From assembly GCA_039715015.1 (NCBI GenBank), contig JBDLIE010000062.1, forward strand, positions 1-15,165: DNA of 15,165 nucleotides, in the 5' to 3' direction. Source of the stretch: Thermodesulfobacteriota bacterium (lineage in GTDB: Bacteria; Desulfobacterota; Desulfobulbia; Desulfobulbales; SURF-16). A program made the position numbers and the translations under genes. Every line of letters begins with the position of its first letter. The first letter of the stretch is position 1. Below, one piece after another: positions 1 to 6,861 of this stretch. Below the pieces are notes generated by a model. That model made no database searches, had not been told where the DNA came from, and saw nothing but the letters and a program-made list of their open reading frames with translations.

Positions 1-267
1 GCCTGTTAACTTCTCGGCAACCTTGTTAATCATCACCAGCTTGCCGTGGATACCAGAGGTGATGACGCCGTCACCAATACTTCGGAGCGTTACGCTTAAT
101 CGCTCTTTTTCAGCAGCCAGGGATTTTTCCTTGATGCCCAGAGACTTCACATCGCTGCCGCGCCGTTTTTCATAGGCATAAAATGCAAAACCAGCAACCA
201 GAACTATTTCTTGCCCTCTGATCCCAAAATACTTACAATCCCTACAGGCCTCACAAACAAAAAGATT
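1..267 (-). CDS. Partial PAS-domain sensor protein (kinase or cyclase type). It runs off the left edge and its 5' end is possibly truncated.
   Basis: The minus frame reads ...IVLVAGFAFYAYEKRRGSDVKSLGIKEKSLAAEKERLSVTLRSIGDGVITSGIHGKLVMINKVAEKLTG, a typical PAS-domain entry (EKERLxVTLxSIGDGVI...N..AE.LTG). The frame is closed upstream by TAA at 268-270. There is no ATG before the PAS entry, only a GTG at 150 without a clear RBS. Confidence 0.7.
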
Positions 268-332
268 TTAAGCCTTCGATTTCAATACATATTTATTTTT
301 TCAGCCAACGGCACCCTAAAGGCAATATCAGC

Positions 333-787
333 ATGGCGGGTCAAACGAACAACAGTAAAAAAGAAAGCAGCGCAAGGGGAAGTTCCTGCCTTGATTCTTT
401 AATGGCCCAACTCGCCAATATGGACTCCCTTGTGGGACAGCTGGAAGGATCCAGCGTTTCTGGCCTTGTACAGATGCTGCAGAATGACACCATCAACACC
501 CTGGTTGAAATAAAAGGTCATGGCCTCCAGCAGGGCACCATATTTTTCAAGGAGGGTGAGTTCCATGCTGCCTCCGGCGGCAGACTGAAGGGAGATGAAG
601 CTGCCTTGGAAATGATAAGCTGGGGGATTTTGAAGAAAATCTCGTGCAAACGGCCCACTCCTGTATTCTCGCCCGTTTTCTGTGCAAACAATTCTTTTTT
701 GCCGCCTGGTCAACCGTAACGGCATTGTGGGAAATGTCCGCCCTGTTTCCCAAAAATATTTCGAGCAGGTTCAGCACTTTTTATTAA
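333..787 (+). pseudogene. Degenerate paralog of the DUF4388-roadblock gene at 5505-6290, with an internal deletion and frameshifts
   Basis: 420-623 encodes MDSLVGQLEGSSVSGLVQMLQND...GRLKGDEAALEMISW, matching VDSMVGQLAGFSVSSLMQMLQND...GRLKGDDAALEMIGW. It then jumps, in another frame, to GDFEENLVQTAHSCILARFLCKQFF (intact copy GNFEENLVQTANSWLLTRFLDKQYY). After a 1-nt loss near 704 it reads LVNRNGIVGNVRPVSQKYFEQVQ (intact copy IVSRDGTLGNVRLVAKKYLEQVQ). Confidence 0.88.
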
Positions 788-926
788 TGACAAGCTTCTC
801 AGCAAGCTATCTTGCAAATAAAAAGGTAGCCACAGCAAAGACGCCGCCAATCCTTTTGGAAAATTTTTCTTCAGATAACATTTTCAAAACAGCTCGCTGG
901 TTATCAACAGGTGCCGTTAAAAAGGA

Positions 927-1538
927 TCAGGCGCAGAGGGCGAATGGTAAGGAAGCACGCTCGGGGGAATAACAACCGGACTTGAGGGCACTGATGAGGT
1001 CAGCTCGATTTTTAATCTCGACAGCAAAAATTGTTGACGCCAGACCTAGCTCAGAAAGAGAATGGGCATCACTGCCACCGGCCAGATGAGTACCGTATTG
1101 TTCCTGCAAGGACATGGCGCGCTGATTGTCAACATCACGGTTGCGGCCGTTAACTCCCTCGACAATGGGGCAAAGGCCATCAGCAAAGATCTCTTCAGCA
1201 CTGGAACGCCCAGGCCGAAACGGATGGGCAGCCACCGCCACCCCGCCTGCCTGGGCCACATGACTGAGAAGTTCAGGGGCAGAGAGGTTAACGGCAACCT
1301 CTTCAAAAGGGCCGAAGATGAGAAAATCTCCCTGAGCTGTAGAGTATTCCATTCCGAAGAGAAGGCAAAGGCCATTTGCCTGCACCCCTTCACGAATATG
1401 GTTAGCAATGGCCATGGTGTCATGGTCCGTTATACAAACGCCATCAAGTCCCTGGGCCACAGCCCCTTCCAGGAGCTGGCCCACGGTCAATTGGCTGCAC
1501 CCGGACAGGGTGGTATGAACATGAATATCAAAACGCAT
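927..1538 (-). CDS. PHP-domain metal-dependent phosphoesterase
   Basis: All PHP metal-binding motifs are present: DIHVHT, CITDHD, GMEYST, AAHPFR, VEGVNG, GGSDAH. 203 aa. Confidence 0.92.
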   Translation of the reverse strand: MRFDIHVHTTLSGCSQLTVGQLLEGAVAQGLDGVCITDHDTMAIANHIREGVQANGLCLLFGMEYSTAQGDFLIFGPFEEVAVNLSAPELLSHVAQAGGVAVAAHPFRPGRSSAEEIFADGLCPIVEGVNGRNRDVDNQRAMSLQEQYGTHLAGGSDAHSLSELGLASTIFAVEIKNRADLISALKSGCYSPERASLPFALCA

Positions 1539-1618
1539 GATGCTAAAATGTAGCTTTAGGCCCTGAAAGTCAAATCGTTAGTATAGATAGCCAAGCTCAT
1601 TACCATAGGTTTTCCCCC

Positions 1619-2932
1619 ATGGTTAAAAAATGTATTCTCATCATTCTTGACGGCCTGGGAGATCGCTCCCACGACGTGCTCAACAACAAGACACCTTTAC
1701 AGGCTGCCCATACTCCCTGCCTGGACAGCCTTGCCGAGCGTGGCGCAAACGGCCTCTTTCAGCCTGTTGCTCCTGGCCTGGCACCCCCAAGTGAAAACGC
1801 CCATTTCAACATCTTTGGCTATCCCCCCTCGGAATTTCCTGGCCGCGGTCTTCTGGAGGCCATGGGCGCTGGTATTGAGGTGGCTGACTCTGAAGTGGCC
1901 CTGCTTGCCCATTTTGTCAGTTTTGCCGAAGAGGATGGCCGCCTGCTTCTTGCCCAAAAGAGGCCTCCGGCAGAAAAGAAAGAAATTGCCCAATTTGCCC
2001 GGACCATTCGCAGTTTTGCCCATCAAGATATCAGCTGCCGCTTTATTCCCACCCATGATGGCGATGGCGTCGTCATTCTTCAGGGTGATGTTTCCCCTAA
2101 GATTACGGACACGGACCCCCTTTTCGAGGGGCAAGCCCTCATGGCGCCTCTGCCCTGGCAGAGCCATCAAGACCATGAGGCATCTCAAAAAAGCGCTCAG
2201 GCCCTGCATGCCTACCTCTCCATGTGCCACCACACCCTAAACGGCCATGAAGCTAACTGGCAAAGGGCCCAAAAAGGAATGCCTTTGATAAACGGCTTGG
2301 TGACCCAGCGCCCCGGCCAGAACATTCCCCACGAAGACTTTCTTAGCCGTTGGGGCCTGCGCGGCCTCTCTATCTCATCCGGCCTGATGTACTGGGGGCT
2401 GGCCAAATATCTTGGCATGGATGTGGGAAAACTATCTGATAGCTCAGATCCGGGCATGGATTTGGCTCAGCGCTTGAAGATGGCCCGCAGCAGTGACCAT
2501 GACTTTATCCATGTCCACTCCAAGGCTGCTGATGCGGCAGCCCACACTAAAAACCCTTTGAACAAAGTATCGGCCCTTGAATCCTTAGATGAGGGTCTTG
2601 CTTCGGTGGTTGATTCGTTACTCGATGACGAAACCGTGCTGGTGGTGACAGCCGATCACTCCACCCCCTGCGCCGGTCCTCAAATTCACTCTGGCGAACC
2701 TGTACCCATATGCGTTGCCGGGCCCGGCTTACGGCGAGATCAAGTTAAAATGTTTGACGAAGTGCAGTGCACCAGCGGCGCCTTAGGCTCCCTGCAAGGT
2801 CAAGACTTCATGCCCCTTGTCCTTAACTGGCTTGACCGTGCCAAACTTATGGGGCTTATGGACAATCCGCTCGACCGCCCCTATTGGCCAGGCCAACGCC
2901 AGCTCTTTAAACTTATTCAGGAAAAGAAGTAA
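1619..2932 (+). CDS. ApgM-like 2,3-bisphosphoglycerate-independent phosphoglycerate mutase family protein (alkaline phosphatase superfamily)
   Basis: Motifs ILDGLGD, KTPLQAAHTP.LD.LA..G..G, PPSENAH (catalytic Ser region), GRGLLEA.G.G, HSKAADAAAH, TADHSTP and HSGEPVP. The family is clear but the substrate is not established. Confidence 0.85.
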   Translation: MVKKCILIILDGLGDRSHDVLNNKTPLQAAHTPCLDSLAERGANGLFQPVAPGLAPPSENAHFNIFGYPPSEFPGRGLLEAMGAGIEVADSEVALLAHFVSFAEEDGRLLLAQKRPPAEKKEIAQFARTIRSFAHQDISCRFIPTHDGDGVVILQGDVSPKITDTDPLFEGQALMAPLPWQSHQDHEASQKSAQALHAYLSMCHHTLNGHEANWQRAQKGMPLINGLVTQRPGQNIPHEDFLSRWGLRGLSISSGLMYWGLAKYLGMDVGKLSDSSDPGMDLAQRLKMARSSDHDFIHVHSKAADAAAHTKNPLNKVSALESLDEGLASVVDSLLDDETVLVVTADHSTPCAGPQIHSGEPVPICVAGPGLRRDQVKMFDEVQCTSGALGSLQGQDFMPLVLNWLDRAKLMGLMDNPLDRPYWPGQRQLFKLIQEKK

Positions 2933-2936
2933 CATC

Positions 2937-3491
2937 ATGATTAATATCGGCGTTATCCATGGTCGCTTTCAAATCCTTCATCATGATCACCTTAAATATC
3001 TGCTTGCCGGCAAAGAACGCTGCCAGCACCTGATTGTCGGCATTAGCAACCCTGATCCCAACCAGACCAAGAGCGAAAGCGTCGATCCAAAACGCTCCAG
3101 CGCTGCAGCCAACCCTCTCACCTATTATGAACGCCTTCTCCTTGTGCGTGCCAGCCTTGAAGAGAGCGGCATACCCCTGGCGGATTTTTCCATTGTTCCA
3201 TTTCCCATCAATTTTCCCGAGCTTCTTCTCAATTATGTCCCCCCGGATGCCACCTTCTTTCTCACCATCTATGATGACTGGGGCAAGAAAAAGCTGGCCC
3301 GCTTCCAGGAGCTGGGCCTAAAAACCGAAATCCTCTGGCAGCGTGCCCTGGGCCAAAAAGGCCAAACAGCTACTGAAATAAGACGGAGGATTCTCCACGA
3401 TGAAGCCTGGCAGGATCTTGTCCCGGCCTCAGTGGCAACCCTGTTAAAAAAAATCAACATAGAGGAACGACTCCATAAAATGGCAGGCTGA
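2937..3491 (+). CDS. NadM-like nicotinamide/nicotinate-nucleotide adenylyltransferase (HIGH-superfamily nucleotidyltransferase)
   Basis: Motifs GVIHGRFQILHHDH (HxGH variant), LIVGI, NPLTYYER and TATEIRRRI...WQDLVP. Start moved from the track's 2817 to ATG 2937, 4 nt after the upstream stop and where family similarity begins. 184 aa. Confidence 0.8.
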   Translation: MINIGVIHGRFQILHHDHLKYLLAGKERCQHLIVGISNPDPNQTKSESVDPKRSSAAANPLTYYERLLLVRASLEESGIPLADFSIVPFPINFPELLLNYVPPDATFFLTIYDDWGKKKLARFQELGLKTEILWQRALGQKGQTATEIRRRILHDEAWQDLVPASVATLLKKINIEERLHKMAG

Positions 3492-3641
3492 AAAGAACGC
3501 GCAGGAAAAAATGATAAAGCTAAATTTTCTCAAGTTGGCAAAAAATGTTGAGTGCGCTTAATATATGAGATGAACCCTAAAGAATAAAAACCGCTGAAAA
3601 TACTTTATCTAACTGCCTGCCCACAATTTAGAGATCTTTTC

Positions 3642-5075
3642 ATGGCAAAAATACTGATCATTGATGACGATCCGGTTATCTGCACCATAATGCAAACAAA
3701 GATGGTCCAAATGGGCCACAACGGAGTCATCGTTGCCCATACGCTGGCCGTGGGTCTTTCCGAGGCGGAAGAACATGCTGTCGACCTGATTTTTTTGGAC
3801 GTTTACCTTCCCGACGGCAACGGCCTTAATCTCCTCCCAAGCCTGACCAACCTCCCGTCCCGGCCAGAGGTCATCATCTTTACGGCTAGGGGTTCTTCGA
3901 ACGGCGCAGAAATTGCCATTCAAAACGGCGCCTGGGACTATCTGCAAAAACCTGTTCGGGCCCAGGAGTTGGCCCTCTCCCTCAAACGTGTCCTTCTCTA
4001 CCGCCAGAGCCGAAAGGAGGCCCAGGAGGCGGTCCCGGCCTTAAAAAGGCACGGCATTATAGGTAGCAGTGCCGCCATTGAAAAATGTCGCGCCGAGCTG
4101 GCCATGGCAACACAGGGTGAGGCCCAGGTTCTCATCACCGGCGAGACGGGCACGGGTAAAGAACTCTTTTCCAGGGCAATCCATGCCAACAGCCGCCGGG
4201 CCCAGAAAAACTTCGTAGTGGTAGATTGCGCAGCCCTGCCGGAAAATCTCATCGAGAGCGCTCTGTTCGGTCACGAACGGGGCGCCTTTACAGGTGCGGA
4301 ACGCAGTAAACCTGGGCTGATCAAAGAGGCGGACGGCGGCACCCTTTTCCTGGACGAAATCGGCGAACTGCCTCTCCGGCTTCAAAAATCTTTTCTCAGA
4401 GTTCTCCAGGAGCATCGCTTTCGTCCAGTGGGCAGCGACACAGAGGTGGAAAGCAATTTCCGTCTCGTTGCAGCGACTCACCGTGACTTAGCTGCCATGG
4501 TCAAGAAGAAAGAGTTTCGCGAGGACCTTCTTTACCGCCTGCAGGCAATTGTCATCGAACTCCCGCCGTTACGTGAGCGAGCCCAGGATATTAATGAATT
4601 GGCCCACCATTTTGTGGAAAAGATCTGCACCAAATACGGCCTTGCTTCCAAAGAAATAGGGGCCGACACTCTGGAGGTGCTGAGCACCTATCCCTGGCCT
4701 GGCAATATCCGTGAACTCATAAACACCCTTGAAAGTGCAGTTAACGTCGCCTTGAATGAACCACTTCTCTTTCCCAAACACCTACCCATTGCACTCCGGG
4801 TGAGCGTAAAGCAGAAAAACCTCAGGCCGGTGTTAGCTTCTGAGACAAACCTTTCACCTGCCGCCAGCCCTGAGGTCGCGGATCCCCGGGACAAACTCAC
4901 CGATTACCGCCAGTACCGAGAAACCGTCATGGCTTCGGCAGAAAGAAGATACCTTGAAGCCCTCATGACCCGCACCGGAGCCTCCATCAAAGCGGCCTGT
5001 CAAATCTCCGGCCTGGGCCGCACCCGTCTCTACAACCTTCTCAATAAACACGGCATCAAGCGAAACAAAAATTAG
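3642..5075 (+). CDS. NtrC-family sigma54-dependent response regulator (REC, AAA+, Fis-type HTH)
   Basis: REC motifs ILIIDDD, FLDVYLPD, FTA and YLQKP. Walker A GETGTGKE, intact GAFTGA loop, Walker B FLDEIGE, RVLQE, FREDLLYRL, WPGNIREL. C-terminal HTH AACQISGLGRTRLYNLL. Confidence 0.96.
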   Translation: MAKILIIDDDPVICTIMQTKMVQMGHNGVIVAHTLAVGLSEAEEHAVDLIFLDVYLPDGNGLNLLPSLTNLPSRPEVIIFTARGSSNGAEIAIQNGAWDYLQKPVRAQELALSLKRVLLYRQSRKEAQEAVPALKRHGIIGSSAAIEKCRAELAMATQGEAQVLITGETGTGKELFSRAIHANSRRAQKNFVVVDCAALPENLIESALFGHERGAFTGAERSKPGLIKEADGGTLFLDEIGELPLRLQKSFLRVLQEHRFRPVGSDTEVESNFRLVAATHRDLAAMVKKKEFREDLLYRLQAIVIELPPLRERAQDINELAHHFVEKICTKYGLASKEIGADTLEVLSTYPWPGNIRELINTLESAVNVALNEPLLFPKHLPIALRVSVKQKNLRPVLASETNLSPAASPEVADPRDKLTDYRQYRETVMASAERRYLEALMTRTGASIKAACQISGLGRTRLYNLLNKHGIKRNKN

Positions 5076-5090
5076 CCACGCCGCCTTCCA

Positions 5091-5132
5091 CTGTCCCCTA
5101 AAAATGAACCGCTGTTCATTTTTAGGGGACAG
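5091..5132. promoter_or_regulatory. Perfect 19-bp inverted repeat: candidate tandem upstream activator sites for the sigma54 activator and/or an RNA hairpin after the regulator gene
   Basis: CTGTCCCCTAAAAATGAAC-cgct-GTTCATTTTTAGGGGACAG. It starts 15 nt after the regulator stop and ends 83 nt before the -24/-12 element. No U-tract follows on either strand. Confidence 0.6.
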
Positions 5133-5180
5133 ATTGCTCCCCAAACCCAAAGTCCCTTTTCCGCCTAAGACCCCAACCTA

Positions 5181-5200
5181 TTAGAATAACAGCAAAAACA
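5181..5200 (+). repeat. 20-bp intergenic motif, copy 1 (18/20 identical to 12267-12286 on the minus strand)
   Basis: TTAGAATAACAGCAAAAACA here versus TTAGAATAACAGCTAAGACA (reverse complement of 12267-12286). The first 13 nt are identical. Confidence 0.4.
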
Positions 5201-5215
5201 CCAAACCCTGGCCCA

Positions 5216-5231
5216 TGGCACGCTTTCTGCT
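5216..5231 (+). promoter_or_regulatory. Sigma54 (RpoN) -24/-12 promoter
   Basis: TGGCACGCTTTCTGCT against the consensus TGGCACG-N4-TTGCW. GG (5217-5218) and GC (5229-5230) have the exact N10 spacing. It lies just downstream of a GAFTGA-containing activator gene and points at the 5505-9416 operon. Confidence 0.8.
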
Positions 5232-5504
5232 TAATACAACCCGCAAAAGAGCCGGCAACAGCAACTAAAATTTTAGCAAAACCTGTAAGCCGCAATTTCC
5301 ATCTAAGGGTTTAATTAATTGCTTGCTCTTTATTTATAGGTATTTTACCCTACCTGCCAGCAAACTGATTTACCATAACATATTGTTTTTACTAGATAAG
5401 TTGTCAGGCAGGCCAGCCTGGCACTACTTGTCTGAAAATCTTAACCACCCATATATATTTAAGCTTTTAGTATTATTCTTATAAACACAAAGGGGTAATT
5501 ATCA

Positions 5505-6290
5505 ATGGAGGAGCAGACAAACGAAAAAGAAGATGAGGTTGTTGAAAATGTAGATTCCATGGTGGGCCAGCTCGCAGGTTTCAGTGTTTCAAGTTTAATG
5601 CAGATGCTCCAAAATGACTCCCGTACCACGCTTGTCGAAGTCAAGGGGGCGGGACTGCAGAGCGGCACCATCTATTTCCAAAATGGCGAGGCCATTGATG
5701 CCTCATGCGGGCGTCTCAAAGGAGATGATGCAGCCTTGGAAATGATCGGCTGGGACACGGTAGATTCAAGGTTCCTGCCACTGCCGGAGCAAACCCCGGC
5801 GCGAACAGTAAAAAACACCTCAATGGGCCTTCTTATGGAAGGCATGCGACAGCGGGATGAGCGGTTGGCCGCCCAGACTGATGAAAGTATTAAGCAACTA
5901 AACCCAAAAAGTATAGAGGGGGACACAGAAATGGCCGGATTAAAACAGTTAATGAAGGATATCTCCGATGAAATGGATGGCGTTATCGCCGTCGGTGTTG
6001 TTGGTATGGATGGTATTACCGTGGCAGCCCACAACCCCACCGGAGTTGACATGGACATTATTTCAGCAAAGTTCGCCATGGTTATGAAGTTGGTTGAGCG
6101 CTCGGTTGAAGATCTCAGCAATTTGGGAAATTTCGAAGAAAATCTCGTGCAGACAGCCAACTCCTGGCTTCTCACCCGCTTTCTGGACAAACAGTACTAC
6201 CTCGCCTGCATTGTCAGCCGTGATGGCACCCTGGGCAATGTTCGCCTGGTTGCTAAAAAGTATCTTGAGCAGGTACAGCGCTCCCTGTAA
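5505..6290 (+). CDS. DUF4388 (PATAN-like) domain fused to a roadblock/LC7 (MglB-like) domain
   Basis: N-terminal GQL.GFSV.SL.QML.......V.......G.IYF.NG..IDA..G.L.G.DA..EM..W and a MGLLMEGMRQRDE helix, typical of DUF4388. C-terminal L..I......V..V.VVG.DG..VA...LGNVRLVAK, a roadblock pattern. RBS-like AGGGG upstream. Confidence 0.82.
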   Translation: MEEQTNEKEDEVVENVDSMVGQLAGFSVSSLMQMLQNDSRTTLVEVKGAGLQSGTIYFQNGEAIDASCGRLKGDDAALEMIGWDTVDSRFLPLPEQTPARTVKNTSMGLLMEGMRQRDERLAAQTDESIKQLNPKSIEGDTEMAGLKQLMKDISDEMDGVIAVGVVGMDGITVAAHNPTGVDMDIISAKFAMVMKLVERSVEDLSNLGNFEENLVQTANSWLLTRFLDKQYYLACIVSRDGTLGNVRLVAKKYLEQVQRSL

Positions 6291-6345
6291 AAGGCCGCTG
6301 TCACACCCAAACAGAAAGTAAAATAAAAGTTTAAGGAGTAAAAAA

Positions 6346-6819
6346 ATGGCTACAGAAGAACAAAAAAAAGCAAATATGGTCCGACTCATGTCTTTAATGA
6401 TCGGAGGCATGGCTAAGGCCCTGTATGATCTTTTCGGCGAAACAGCCTTTGCAACTATGACCGAGGTTGGCAAAAGCCTGCTGACAATCATGGAAGATGA
6501 AATGGGCCTTGAGATTGACAGTGACAACCCGGAAGAGGTCATCATGGAAATCGGTAGAATTTTCACCGATGAGATGGGATTTGTCGCCGATTTCAATGTT
6601 GAGACAAACGGTAATGAAATCACCCTCTTTGTTGACAAATGCGCAGGCTGGAACCTGACCCAGTCTATCATGAAACACGGGGTTGATGTGCCCTTTACCT
6701 GTCCGATTATGAATGTCGGCCAGGCAGCGCTTTTAAAAATGGGCAAACACGCCCAAAAGAAAATCACACCTCGCGAAGAGGTTCGTGGTTCCGCTATCGC
6801 TTTTACCATTATCGATTAA
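6346..6819 (+). CDS. Stand-alone V4R-like (H-NOX/TRAPP-Bet3-like fold) putative ligand-binding protein
   Basis: 157 aa with an AAGGAG RBS. Helical N-terminus LYDLFG..A...M.EVGK.L, then a beta-rich C-terminus with ITLFVDKC99, TC119P and terminal AIAFTI, the layout of V4R-like domains. The fold call is by pattern only. Confidence 0.6.
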   Translation: MATEEQKKANMVRLMSLMIGGMAKALYDLFGETAFATMTEVGKSLLTIMEDEMGLEIDSDNPEEVIMEIGRIFTDEMGFVADFNVETNGNEITLFVDKCAGWNLTQSIMKHGVDVPFTCPIMNVGQAALLKMGKHAQKKITPREEVRGSAIAFTIID

Positions 6820-6861
6820 GGACCTTTCAGCCCTTGCGTGGAGCAAGGGCTGAGGCATTCC

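Noticed and set aside
309..324. CGGCACCCTAAAGGCA, a GG-N10-GC match before the pseudogene
   Set aside because: It lacks the TT before GC and would place the start site on the ATG itself. It may be a decayed site but is not supportable.
682..972. 96-aa ORF in the track
   Set aside because: It is the frameshifted tail of the pseudogene running into non-coding DNA and overlapping the PHP gene end.
2817..2936. N-terminal extension of the nucleotidyltransferase
   Set aside because: It overlaps the ApgM-like gene; family similarity starts at ATG 2937.
5240..5320. Possible c-di-GMP-type riboswitch in the operon leader
   Set aside because: GCAAA-like words are present but I could not build the required paired stems.
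5419..5434. Second TGGCAC as a sigma54 promoter
   Set aside because: The position ten nucleotides after GG reads CT, not GC, so the strict spacing fails.
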